Below, piece by piece: positions 51,397 through 60,663 of a stretch of 64,000 nt of DNA (positions are counted from its first letter, which is position 1; each line of letters starts with the position of its first letter). The position numbers and the translations under genes are program-made. This DNA is from Alphaproteobacteria bacterium (GTDB lineage: Bacteria > Pseudomonadota > Alphaproteobacteria > Rs-D84 > SZUA-605), in contig JAVBPW010000001.1 of assembly GCA_031549385.1 (NCBI GenBank), positions 320,001-384,000 of the forward strand, written 5' to 3'. Under the pieces are notes generated by a model. The model saw only the letters and a list, made by a program, of their open reading frames with translations. It was not told the origin of the DNA and ran no database searches.

Positions 51397-51558
51397 ATGA
51401 GAAAATTATTAACATTATTGGCAGTGGTTGTTTTGGTATCATCTTGTGGTGGTGGAATCTATCAAAGAGATCCTGTTTCTGTTGGGCCTGATAATTCTGA
51501 ATTGAAAATATCACCTTGTGCTTGTCTTAAAGTAAAACAAACAACTCCTTTTGTTTAA
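51397..51558 (+). CDS. Small lipoprotein, VirB7-like (not in ORF track)
   Basis: MRKLLTLLAVVVLVSSCGGG...LKISPCAC; SD AAGGAG; lipobox plus SPC motif; precedes VirB8-like genes. Confidence 0.65.
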   Translation: MRKLLTLLAVVVLVSSCGGGIYQRDPVSVGPDNSELKISPCACLKVKQTTPFV

Positions 51559-51575
51559 TAGTTTCTTAAAACATT

Positions 51576-52376
51576 ATGAAAAATGAAGATCAAGTTGTTT
51601 TTCCGTTTAAGGTAGATGTTCCATCCTTCCCTGAAAGAAGATGGGTTAGAGCTTGTCGTATCTTTGTTTATATAATATGCATTAATTTAGTTTTTTCTTT
51701 AGCATTTGCTTTTTTATTATTGCTATATAGCGATAAAAAAACTACTTTTCCTGCTTTTTTATATTTTTCTAATAAATATAGCAAGTTTGAAAAACTTGAA
51801 TTTAAAGATATGGCTTTGAAAAAAGATATGAGTATTTCTCAAAGAGCTTTACTTGAAGAGCAATTTATTAAAACATATTTGGAAGCTCGATATAATGTTA
51901 ATGACTTTATGGCTGATAATCTTTATAAGTGGTGTAATTGTATTGTAGATGAAAATGGAAAAAGAATTATTAGAAACTCTTATCTTAAAAGAGAAAATAT
52001 AAGGTGTTCTTTATGTATGATGTCTGAAGCAGATGTTTATACTAATTTTATAAAAAAAGAAAGAGATGGACTTGTTAATAATTTGAAAACATATGGACCT
52101 TCACGAATCCAAGTTAATAATATAAAGAAGGTTATGGAAGTTTCTTCTAAAAATTCTGGTTCATTCCCTTATAATATTTATATGGTTGAAATGAAAACAT
52201 ACTATGCTGATAGAACTTTTATTAATCAAAGAGTTTTTTTGGGAGTTGCTTCTGTTCAAGCTGTTAATGAAAAAAGACTTAAAGAAGAAGAAAAAATACA
52301 TTTTGAAGCACAACCTTATTTGTTTAAAGTAGTGTCTTTTAGTGTTAGTGACTTTACAGGAGGTAAGAAAAAATGA
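51576..52376 (+). CDS. VirB8-like bitopic membrane protein
   Basis: Single N-terminal TM; EQFIKTYLEARY helix; C-terminal PYLFKVVSFSV similar to NPLGF.V..Y. Confidence 0.55.
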   Translation: MKNEDQVVFPFKVDVPSFPERRWVRACRIFVYIICINLVFSLAFAFLLLLYSDKKTTFPAFLYFSNKYSKFEKLEFKDMALKKDMSISQRALLEEQFIKTYLEARYNVNDFMADNLYKWCNCIVDENGKRIIRNSYLKRENIRCSLCMMSEADVYTNFIKKERDGLVNNLKTYGPSRIQVNNIKKVMEVSSKNSGSFPYNIYMVEMKTYYADRTFINQRVFLGVASVQAVNEKRLKEEEKIHFEAQPYLFKVVSFSVSDFTGGKKK

Positions 52377-53056
52377 AAACAAATCTTACTTTTTTGAGTA
52401 TAGTTGCTTTTGTTAGTATTGTTGTAAATGCATTACTCGCTTTCTTTATTTTTAATCTTTCATCATCTGATACTTTTGAAAAGACACCTATGTTCGTTCA
52501 AGACTTTAATAATTCAAATGATAGTATTATTTTTATTGATTATAACTATGATAATTTAACTGAAGAAGATAAATATTTCTTATCATCACAACTTGTTAAA
52601 CAGTATATTGTTGATAGATATACTTTTATACCAGATCAGAACTATTTTGACTCAAAACTCGGTGTTTGGTATGAAAAAGGTGGTCGTGGGGCTGATTTGG
52701 GAGATCCTAGATTCCCTCTTGGAATTATAAATACTTTTGATTTTAATAAGGGAAAAAGTAACTCTGTTTGGATAAGGTTTAAAGATCCTAAAGTTGGTCA
52801 ATATAATGAATTTGAAGATATGCTAAAAGATGGTGTTACTCAACAAGTTGAAATTGTTAGAGAACCTCGACTTGAAAAAGAATATTGGGTTGTTGTTATA
52901 AATATTTATAGAAAAGAATTAGGTAAACCAACTACTGTTACAAGAAAAATTGTTCAATTAAGGGTGCAACTTGAGGGAGTACTTAATCCAGCTGCGTTGG
53001 AAGAAAGACCAGAGTTCTACTTCAAATTTATTGTACAAGATTTTAAAGATGAATAA
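52373..53056 (+). CDS. Second VirB8-like bitopic membrane protein
   Basis: Single TM; QLVKQYIVDRY helix; C-terminal PEFYFKFIVQDF. Confidence 0.55.
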   Translation: MKTNLTFLSIVAFVSIVVNALLAFFIFNLSSSDTFEKTPMFVQDFNNSNDSIIFIDYNYDNLTEEDKYFLSSQLVKQYIVDRYTFIPDQNYFDSKLGVWYEKGGRGADLGDPRFPLGIINTFDFNKGKSNSVWIRFKDPKVGQYNEFEDMLKDGVTQQVEIVREPRLEKEYWVVVINIYRKELGKPTTVTRKIVQLRVQLEGVLNPAALEERPEFYFKFIVQDFKDE

Positions 53057-53176
53057 AATTTATCTAATTGGCTGCAAGACAAAATTATTAAAAATTCATT
53101 CACAATCACATAGCTTCAGTATGCTCATGTGAATTAATTTTGAATACTTTCGTTTTCGCTCAATTATCTGAAATTT
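53057..53176. repeat. RPE-like palindromic element
   Basis: TAATTGGCTGCAA...CAATCACATA-gcttcag-TATGCTCA...CGCTCAATTA long imperfect hairpin. Confidence 0.6.
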
Positions 53177-53189
53177 TAAAAGGAATATA

Positions 53190-53792
53190 ATGAAAAATAT
53201 TTTAATCTTTGATATTGATGGGACTAATAGTATTATTGTTTATGATGAAAAATCTTGCATAATTATAGATCCTGTTGGGGATGTTAATTTTTGGATTAAA
53301 AAAATTAATGAATTAAAAATTCCTTTGAAAGCTATTTATGTTACTCATGGTCATTATGATCATATTGAAACCGTTGCTGATTTAGTTGAACATTTTAATG
53401 TTCCTTGGTTTATGCATGAAGGTGATGTTCAATTAAGTATAATAGGAGTTGCTTTTAGACCTTATAAAGTTCCTAAAAATCCGAATCCAATTAATGAAGG
53501 TAAAATTAATTTCACAGATACTATAAAAGGGGAGATTTTTTATACTCCTGGACATAGTGGTGGAAGTTGCTGTTTTTATTTTCCTGAATATAATTTTATT
53601 ATTACTGGGGATACTTTATTTAAGGGGACTATTGGGGCTACTCATTTTCCTTTTTCGAATCCAAAAGATATGGAAGAAAGTTTGGTTCAAATTAAAAACT
53701 GGAAGATTCCTTTAGATACAGTTGTTATTCCTGGACATGGAGATATTACTACTTTTGGTGATGAACTTGAGAGAAACCCCTTTTTAAAATAA
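53190..53792 (+). CDS. MBL-fold metallo-hydrolase (glyoxalase II-like)
   Basis: THGHYDH, TPGHSGG, TGDTLF, PGHG. Confidence 0.92.
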   Translation: MKNILIFDIDGTNSIIVYDEKSCIIIDPVGDVNFWIKKINELKIPLKAIYVTHGHYDHIETVADLVEHFNVPWFMHEGDVQLSIIGVAFRPYKVPKNPNPINEGKINFTDTIKGEIFYTPGHSGGSCCFYFPEYNFIITGDTLFKGTIGATHFPFSNPKDMEESLVQIKNWKIPLDTVVIPGHGDITTFGDELERNPFLK

Positions 53793-53871
53793 GGTTTGAT
53801 TTTTCTGTAATTTTTATTATCATTTAATGTAAATATAAATCTTAAATTTAAAAATAAAAAATAATCCTTAT

Positions 53872-54735
53872 ATGAGTATAGATTTTGGAAAGCTGATAAC
53901 AGCTATGGTTACGCCATTTGATTTAGATGGCGATATTGATACGTTTTCAGTTGAAAGACTGGTGAAACATTTATGCGAAACATCAGATTCTATTCTGATA
54001 AATGGCACTACAGGAGAATCGCCTGTTCTTGAAAAAGGGGAGCTTTTGGATCTTATCCATCGTGTTAAGTATGACATAGAGCCTTGTGTAAATTTAATTG
54101 TAGGTGTTGGTGGAAATTCTACCAAATATGTTTTGGATCTTTTGAAAAAGGTTGATGATATTGGAGTAGACGGGATTTTATCCGTTGTTCCGTATTACAA
54201 CAAACCTTCACAAGAAGGATTGATTTACCATTTCAGATCCATAGCGGATAACACTAATTCACCTGTAATACTTTACAATATTCCTTCCAGGACTGGTGTT
54301 AATATGCTGCCTGAAACTGTGCAAACATTGGCTAAGGTTCCTAACATTGTAGGAATTAAACAAAGTTATTCTGATTTGAACTTTGTTTCTGAAATGAGGC
54401 TATTATGTCCTGAAGACTTTGTTATATATTCAGGAGATGATAGTTTAACACTGCCTATGATGGCGCTTGGTGCGAAGGGGGCTATATCCGTTGCTTCTAA
54501 CCTTGTTGGAGGCAGAGTTAAAAAGATGATTGAAGAAAGGAGTTTAAAAATGCATTTAGAGCTTTTTCCTTTGTTTCAAGAATTGTTTAAGGCACCGAAT
54601 CCGGTACCTATAAAACATGCATTGTTTCGTAGAGGAATTATTGATTGTTCAAGAGTGAGAATGCCTTTAACACAATTAAATCCTGCACAAAAGAAAAGCT
54701 TGGAAGATGAATTAAAATTTCATCCTAAAGAATAA
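53872..54735 (+). CDS. dapA: 4-hydroxy-tetrahydrodipicolinate synthase
   Basis: TAMVTPF, GTTGES, VPYYNKP, LYNIPSRTG, GIKQS. Confidence 0.95.
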   Translation: MSIDFGKLITAMVTPFDLDGDIDTFSVERLVKHLCETSDSILINGTTGESPVLEKGELLDLIHRVKYDIEPCVNLIVGVGGNSTKYVLDLLKKVDDIGVDGILSVVPYYNKPSQEGLIYHFRSIADNTNSPVILYNIPSRTGVNMLPETVQTLAKVPNIVGIKQSYSDLNFVSEMRLLCPEDFVIYSGDDSLTLPMMALGAKGAISVASNLVGGRVKKMIEERSLKMHLELFPLFQELFKAPNPVPIKHALFRRGIIDCSRVRMPLTQLNPAQKKSLEDELKFHPKE

Positions 54736-54749
54736 TCCCTTAATAGGGA

Positions 54750-55019
54750 TTATTTTTTTATGTATCCAATTACTTCTTCTGTTAAGGATTTTATTTCTAC
54801 TAATTTTAATTGAGAGGTTTGACCTTTTAAAATTGATATTTCTTTTTTAGGTACATCAAAAGTTTCTGATAAGAACTTTATTAGCTCTTCGTTTGCTTTG
54901 CCTTTTTCTGGTACTGCTTTTATCTGTAGTTTGAAAACAAAGTTATCAAACATATCTTTGTTTATATCTATGATTTTATTTTTTTTGGCGTTTGGTGATA
55001 CTTTTATATAGAATTTCAT
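54750..55019 (-). CDS. DUF167/YggU-family protein
   Basis: KVSPNAKK, AVPEKGKANEELI, GQTSQLK; start ATG 55019 follows SD GAGG. Confidence 0.88.
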   Translation of the reverse strand: MKFYIKVSPNAKKNKIIDINKDMFDNFVFKLQIKAVPEKGKANEELIKFLSETFDVPKKEISILKGQTSQLKLVEIKSLTEEVIGYIKK

Positions 55020-55042
55020 TTTTGTATCCTCATAATTTTTAG

Positions 55043-55324
55043 GCGAAATATTATAAGCCGGATTCTGTACATTTGCATGCGACAATCATTTATCTTGAAT
55101 TACTGTTACCAGTAATTTCTTTGCGACCTACCACGAAGCAGTTGGGATTCCTGTAGCTTCTTATTTGGTCTTGCTCCAAGCAGAGTTTACCGCGTTTCAC
55201 CCTAACTTAATAGGCTCGTCTCTGTGGCACTTGTCCTCAGCTTGCGCTGGGTGGGTGTTACCCACTGCTTTATCCCATTGGAGTCCGGACTTTCCTCACC
55301 ATAGTGCGATTGTCCATATTTCGC
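55043..55324 (-). ncRNA. rnpB: RNase P RNA (compact)
   Basis: GAGGAAAGTCCGGACTC, GTGCCACAGA, GGTAAACTC, GGAGCAAG, ACAGAATCCGGCTTAT conserved blocks. Confidence 0.95.
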
Positions 55325-55362
55325 TATACTAACATAATATAAGATTAACATTTTTTCAAGGA

Positions 55363-56031
55363 TTAGTTATTTAATATACATCCAAACAATACTGAAAAGA
55401 AAAACATTATCGTTCCGTTAAGTACAAATAAATGCCAAATTGCATGTGAGAATTTTAGTTTTCTCCATAGGTAGAATATTATTCCTATTGTATAGCTTGC
55501 GCCACCTATGAACATGAAAGTTAGAGATTCTGGATTTAATACTATAAATAATCTTCTTAATATGAAAATTAAAAACCATCCCATGCCTAAATATAATAAT
55601 ACTGTCCATTTTGGTTGATGGTCTTTGTATAATAATTTTATTATTGTTCCTGCTATGGCTATTGCCCAGATGCAGCCAAATGTTACCCAACCTGTAACAC
55701 TTCTCATTACTGTTAGAGTATATGGTGTGTAAGAACCAGCTATTAAATAATAAATTGAAAGATTATCAAAAATTTCAAAAAACTTTTCACCTTTTTTACC
55801 TGTTGTTACATGGCAAAAAGTAGAAGCAAAATAAAGAGTTATCATCGATGTTCCAAATATTGCTGATGATACTATTGCCCATGGATCGCCTTTAATAGCT
55901 GCAAAGACTACTAAGAGAACTAGGCCTGCTATTGAGAGGCCTATTCCAACACCATGTGTTAAGATGTTTAGTATTTCTTCTGCTTTTGTATTTTGTCGTT
56001 CCCAACGAGATATTGCTTTTTTTTCTGCCAT
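55363..56031 (-). CDS. Hemolysin III / PAQR-family membrane protein
   Basis: EEILNILTHG, IAGSYTP, YLGMGW, HAIWHLFV. Confidence 0.92.
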   Translation of the reverse strand: MAEKKAISRWERQNTKAEEILNILTHGVGIGLSIAGLVLLVVFAAIKGDPWAIVSSAIFGTSMITLYFASTFCHVTTGKKGEKFFEIFDNLSIYYLIAGSYTPYTLTVMRSVTGWVTFGCIWAIAIAGTIIKLLYKDHQPKWTVLLYLGMGWFLIFILRRLFIVLNPESLTFMFIGGASYTIGIIFYLWRKLKFSHAIWHLFVLNGTIMFFFSVLFGCILNN

Positions 56032-56042
56032 TCTTTAATCCT

Positions 56043-56843
56043 TTATTCTGGTAATACAAATGTTGTTACGAATCGAAACCCATAATCTGGTTCATCATCA
56101 CGACTGTCTACAAAATATCTGAAACCTAATGTAAAGTTAACTGGAAGTTTTCCGAATCTTACAACTTTTCCTGCAGTGAAATTTAATGGTAGAGAATCAA
56201 CTCTGTGTTCCCAGTCGTATTGGTATTCTGTGTTGAATCCTAATGAATATGCACCTGGTAATTGTCGAACGATAATTGGTTGTATAAATGTTGTATTTAC
56301 ATTATCTCTGTTTTCATTTCCTGCAAATGACCAAATATGATTTGCAATTACTCCAAATGTCCATTTATCTGATTGTTTTATAAGTATTGCAGATGGACCA
56401 GCACCCCATTTTTCTGTTCCTAATCTGTCCTCACTTGCTGTTGGAAGCAAGAATGCTCCACCAACTCCCCAAATGAAATATTTACTTTTTGTTGGAGAAA
56501 CAAAAAATGTTTGTGTTGTATCGCCTATACCTTTTGTTGTGTCTTTTTGACCGTCTAAATTATTACTTTGTTGCTCAATTAATGGAAATATTGTTCTTGA
56601 AATAATATTCCAATCTGCATTTAAATTTATAGGAATAATTGGTTGAATGTTTAATGTATAATTTTGGTCTTTATCACGTTCTCCACCACCTATACTATAA
56701 TTTAATTGAAAAGGTATACTTATTAAGCTTGCAAGAGGGTTATTTAACATCTTGTTGATTTCATCATTTGATAGTTCAGCAAATGCAGAATTTGTTATTA
56801 ATGTTGATGCTAATAGCAGTGATAAAATTTTGATTTTTTTCAT
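56043..56843 (-). CDS. Putative outer-membrane beta-barrel ('neuromedin U'/transporter-like family)
   Basis: Signal peptide; NNPLASLISIPFQ, LNIQPIIP, LGTEKWGAGP; C-terminal beta strand. Confidence 0.7.
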   Translation of the reverse strand: MKKIKILSLLLASTLITNSAFAELSNDEINKMLNNPLASLISIPFQLNYSIGGGERDKDQNYTLNIQPIIPINLNADWNIISRTIFPLIEQQSNNLDGQKDTTKGIGDTTQTFFVSPTKSKYFIWGVGGAFLLPTASEDRLGTEKWGAGPSAILIKQSDKWTFGVIANHIWSFAGNENRDNVNTTFIQPIIVRQLPGAYSLGFNTEYQYDWEHRVDSLPLNFTAGKVVRFGKLPVNFTLGFRYFVDSRDDEPDYGFRFVTTFVLPE

Positions 56844-56903
56844 TATGAATTCTCCTTCTTTTATTTCATTATATGATGAGTAAAATAAAAAGCTATAGGA
56901 AAA

Positions 56904-57452
56904 TTATTCTAATTCTTTCTTTATAAGTTTTAAAGATTCCCATGTTGGACGCTTTTTTGTTTCATCTCTTAATAATGCTGATGGGTGGTAAATTGCCATT
57001 ATCTTATAACTATCTTTATTGAACCACTTTCCTTGATCTGATGTTATTCTGAAAGTAGGAGAAATTAATGCTTTGGCTGCTATGCGACCTAAACAAATTA
57101 TTATTTGTGGTTTGATTAGATTTATTTGCGAATCTAAATATTCTTTGCATGCTGATTGTTCTTCATCTGATGGATCACGATTTTGAGGAGGACGACATTT
57201 TACTATGTTGCATATATAACAATTTGTTAAATTTAAACCTATTGCTGCTAACATCTTATCAAGAAGTTGTCCGGCTTTGCCTACAAATGGAAGACCTTGC
57301 ATATCTTCATCATGTCCTGGACCTTCGCCTATAAACATTATTTTTGTTTCTTTTGAACCTTTGCCAATTACTACATTGTGGCGAGTCTTATGTAACTCAC
57401 ATTTTGTGCAATTTAAACATTGATGCTCAAGAGTTTTCCAGTCGTTTATCAT
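56904..57452 (-). CDS. Uracil-DNA glycosylase family 4 (4Fe-4S)
   Basis: CxxC, GEGPG, PFVGKAG, KCRPPQNR, YHPSALLR. Confidence 0.93.
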   Translation of the reverse strand: MINDWKTLEHQCLNCTKCELHKTRHNVVIGKGSKETKIMFIGEGPGHDEDMQGLPFVGKAGQLLDKMLAAIGLNLTNCYICNIVKCRPPQNRDPSDEEQSACKEYLDSQINLIKPQIIICLGRIAAKALISPTFRITSDQGKWFNKDSYKIMAIYHPSALLRDETKKRPTWESLKLIKKELE

Positions 57453-57495
57453 ATCTAAATGATATTTATTTTAATGATGTTTTTCAAGAAATTTA

Positions 57496-57579
57496 TGGTG
57501 CGGATAAGAAGATTTGAACTTCCACGGGTCGCCCCACAGCCACCTCAAGGCTGCGTGTCTACCATTCCACCATATCCGC
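57496..57579 (-). tRNA. tRNA-Leu(GAG)
   Basis: Cloverleaf with long variable arm, GAG anticodon, CCA end. Confidence 0.95.
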
Positions 57580-57582
57580 ACT

Positions 57583-57720
57583 GAAAAAACATAATTCTAT
57601 GGATACTTATTCGCAAAAATGAAAAATTTTTAATTTCACCGTATTCATATACGCCATTATCAAAAATTTTCCTATTTTCACAAATATCTATCTCATATAA
57701 TTAAGTTTTAAAATATTTGT
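57583..57720. repeat. Degenerate palindromic element between the two tRNA-Leu genes
   Basis: Central CGTAT-tcat-ATACG hairpin flanked by AAAATTTT arms; similar to the 34959 core. Confidence 0.35.
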
Positions 57721-57733
57721 GAGGTAATTAAAA

Positions 57734-57819
57734 TGGTGCGGGTGGCCGGACTTGAACCGGCACGGCCTTGCGGCCAACGGATTTTAAGTCCGTAGCGTCT
57801 ACCATTCCGCCACACCCGC
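57734..57819 (-). tRNA. tRNA-Leu(TAA)
   Basis: Cloverleaf with long variable arm, TAA anticodon, CCA end. Confidence 0.95.
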
Positions 57820-57896
57820 TTAAAATCAGGTATTTAGTATATGTTCTTGATTACAAGAAATCAAGAATAAAATGTCTTTCTTTAAATTTTTTTGAA

Positions 57897-58337
57897 TTAC
57901 ATAGGGCCGCCAGATGGCATTGTTGAGAATCGACCTATATTATTAAATAATTCTTCAACAGGATTTAGCTCAACTGCATTTTCAATTGGAGTTGATGATT
58001 TGTCGAAGTGTATATTTCTTTTATCTTTCAATGTTAAAGTTTGTCTGTTTTGGATTTTACCATCTTTGAAAGTTAAAAGATTTAGTTCATATTTTTCATA
58101 GTATGGATTTAAGAATGCTGTTTGACGCATTACTGAACCAAAATATATCCATGTTTCGTCTTTTCCAAACATTGTTGTTGCTGATGGAGTCCCTAGTTCT
58201 TTTAATACATCTGTTTTTGAATTTACTTTTTCAAATGCAACTTTTTCATCATCTGTAAAAATTTTACCTTTGTTTAGAACTTTTGTTCCACAACCTGACA
58301 TAAATAAAACTAAAGATAGAATAAATAACTTTTTCAT
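57897..58337 (-). CDS. bamE: Outer membrane assembly lipoprotein BamE
   Basis: Lipobox MSGC; VLKELGTPS...ETWIY; LFNNIGRF tail typical of alphaproteobacterial BamE. Confidence 0.85.
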   Translation of the reverse strand: MKKLFILSLVLFMSGCGTKVLNKGKIFTDDEKVAFEKVNSKTDVLKELGTPSATTMFGKDETWIYFGSVMRQTAFLNPYYEKYELNLLTFKDGKIQNRQTLTLKDKRNIHFDKSSTPIENAVELNPVEELFNNIGRFSTMPSGGPM

Positions 58338-59482
58338 TATGCGTTCTTACCCCAACGATGGTGTATCCATAACCATTGGTCTGGATTTTCTCTTACCCAA
58401 CTTTCAATAAGATCGTTTACTTTTTGCATACCTTCGTTTATTTCTTTTTCAGAACTGCCTTTGAAATACATTGGTTTGTGTAAAACTATTTTATGTTTTA
58501 TCCCCTTTACTCTTACTATTTGAACAGGAAGAATAGGGCAGTCAAAATGATTTGCTAATTTTACAGCAACAGTTGATGTCATTGCTTTTTTACCAAAGAA
58601 TGTTAGTGGTTTTCCTTGTGTAAAATATTGGTCTGGGGCAATTGCAACTGGAAGACCTCTTTTTAAGAAATCCAAAGATTTTTTAATTCCCATTTTACTT
58701 TTTGGAAGAAATTCTACGTCTATACCTTTTCCTGATACACCTTTTCCAAATCCTTTTTGTAATAAATCTAATGTTACTGGATTATTTGGAAAACGATAGA
58801 TAACTCCAACTGGAAATCCTTTTTTTGTAAATGGTAGTGAAATCATACCAAGAGAATTAAAATGTGCAAATACAGCTACGAATCTATGATTTGGTAGATT
58901 TGTTAGATATTTTTCATTTTCAACTTGTAAGTATTTTTCATTTCTGTAGAAGAATCTTAAATGTGGAATTTCAAATACCATTCTTCCGAAATTTTTCCAC
59001 ATGCCTTTTACTATTTTTTGTTGTTCTTCTTTTTTCATTTTAGGAAAAGCTATATTAACATTTTTATAAGCTAATTTATTTCTTTTATATAATATTTTTC
59101 CTGCAATCATTCCTAAACATGACCCAATTGAAGATGCAAATTTTACTGGGATTAATTTTATTACTAACATAAATGAATAGCCTAAGAATGCTTCAATAGG
59201 ATGAATTATCCAAGTCTTTATAAATCCATAATTTCTTTGTGGAATACCTTCATGCTTTGGTTGCTTTAAAAAGAATGTTACTATTAAAAATATAAATAGG
59301 ACAGGTATTGATATCATGTAAAAGCTTTGGAATATACATGCTATTATTCCGAGCAATAAAAGAAAGTGACTCAATATACTTTGTTTAGCAAAAGCCACGT
59401 AGGCAGGTAAAAAGAAAAGTAATCCTAGTAATATAGGATAGTTTTCGGCGAAATAACTTATTTCATATATGATTTGTTCCAT
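58337..59482 (-). CDS. Lipid A acyltransferase (LpxL/HtrB family) with an extra N-terminal membrane domain
   Basis: NVNIAFP, NFGR..FE, AHF, PDQ, FFGK.A, NPDQWLWIHHRW. Confidence 0.85.
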   Translation of the reverse strand: MEQIIYEISYFAENYPILLGLLFFLPAYVAFAKQSILSHFLLLLGIIACIFQSFYMISIPVLFIFLIVTFFLKQPKHEGIPQRNYGFIKTWIIHPIEAFLGYSFMLVIKLIPVKFASSIGSCLGMIAGKILYKRNKLAYKNVNIAFPKMKKEEQQKIVKGMWKNFGRMVFEIPHLRFFYRNEKYLQVENEKYLTNLPNHRFVAVFAHFNSLGMISLPFTKKGFPVGVIYRFPNNPVTLDLLQKGFGKGVSGKGIDVEFLPKSKMGIKKSLDFLKRGLPVAIAPDQYFTQGKPLTFFGKKAMTSTVAVKLANHFDCPILPVQIVRVKGIKHKIVLHKPMYFKGSSEKEINEGMQKVNDLIESWVRENPDQWLWIHHRWGKNA

Positions 59483-59587
59483 AGTTAGTTATTGTATAAA
59501 AACTTTTGTTTTCTTTCAAGGATTTTTTTCGGCTTGATAAATGTCTCAAATTTTGGTATAATATTTATATAATTATAGGAGAAAAAG

Positions 59588-59854
59588 ATGAAAAAATTAC
59601 TTTTTGCTTTGGTTGTTACTGTATCAACAGTATCATTTGCTGAAATGGAACCAAATTATTATGATATTTCAGAAGCATATGGATCATTACAAAGATTACG
59701 TGCTCAATGTGGAGATTCTAAACCAGGTTGTGCTGGGGTTTGCTCACAAGGGATTAATTATTCAATGAGCCAAATGAGTAGCGGGGCTAATGTTTCTCCT
59801 GAAGTTGCAGCACAATTAAAACAATATTGGTGGTCTTGCTTAAATTCACTATAA
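59588..59854 (+). CDS. Small secreted four-Cys protein
   Basis: Signal peptide, SD AGGAGA, TTGATA-17-TATAAT promoter, own terminator. Confidence 0.7.
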   Translation: MKKLLFALVVTVSTVSFAEMEPNYYDISEAYGSLQRLRAQCGDSKPGCAGVCSQGINYSMSQMSSGANVSPEVAAQLKQYWWSCLNSL

Positions 59855-59924
59855 TTTAAGTAGGTTTATAAAGTTAGACGGTCTTTTTTAAAAGGCTGTT
59901 TTTTGTTGAAATTTAAATAGTGGG

Positions 59925-60361
59925 TTTTATAATCAGGTGTGATATTAAAATTTCAAACCTAAAATTATATATGTTATGCTTAGATTGTTAAATATAGGAT
60001 CTTTGATCCAAGCAGCCTTGATTGTTTGCTTTTTTGTTTTTTTAAACAATCCTGAGATTGTTTTTTTTAAAAATGAATTTGTACAATGGGGAATATTTTT
60101 ATTTTTTCTGTTTTTCCTCATTTTTTATTTCAAAAAAGCTAATCATGAAGTTGATGATGATACGTATTTGGGATTGTATTTTTTTGTTCTTGTTGTATGG
60201 TTTGTTATTATGGGGTCATTTGCAACAAATAGTGGTGGAATTGATTATTTTGATTATCCTTATCACTGATTTTTTAAAAGGCTGGGTTTCCAGCTTTTTT
60301 TATTGTAATTTTGCCATTAGTTTTTATAATCAAGTGTGATATTAAAATTTCAAACTTAAAA
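59925..60361 (+). repeat. 40-bp direct repeat (promoter -10 plus leader), copies at 59925-59964 and 60322-60361
   Basis: TTTTATAATCARGTGTGATATTAAAATTTCAAACYTAAAA, 38 of 40 identical. Confidence 0.9.
59976..60269 (+). CDS. Three-TM hypothetical protein (paralog 1)
   Basis: 97 aa, Phe-rich; own promoter and terminator. Confidence 0.7.
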   Translation: MLRLLNIGSLIQAALIVCFFVFLNNPEIVFFKNEFVQWGIFLFFLFFLIFYFKKANHEVDDDTYLGLYFFVLVVWFVIMGSFATNSGGIDYFDYPYH

Positions 60362-60369
60362 CTTAAAAT

Positions 60370-60663
60370 ATGAATAAATATCTCTTAATGCTGGGTTGTT
60401 TTACCCTTATAGCATTTATTGTTATTTTCTTTTATTTCATTAATGTAGATTCAGGTATTTTTAAAGGTAATTTTTTTTTACATGCGTCTGCAATATGTTT
60501 TTTCTTTTTCATCGTTGTATATATTCGAATTACTAGGAATTTGTTCAATGATGGAATGTGGGTTGGAATCTATATATTGCTTTTGGTTATATGGTTTGTT
60601 TTAATTGTATCATATAACGGAGTGGAAACAATTATGATTGAAGTAAAAGAATTGTTCAAATAA
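60370..60663 (+). CDS. Three-TM hypothetical protein (paralog 2)
   Basis: 97 aa; shares FK.....C/IF.FF and G.Y...LV.WFV pattern with 59976-60269. Confidence 0.7.
   Translation: MNKYLLMLGCFTLIAFIVIFFYFINVDSGIFKGNFFLHASAICFFFFIVVYIRITRNLFNDGMWVGIYILLLVIWFVLIVSYNGVETIMIEVKELFK

Noticed and set aside
55020-55085. N-terminal extension of the DUF167 protein
   Set aside because: Overlaps the 3' end of rnpB; the SD supports ATG 55019
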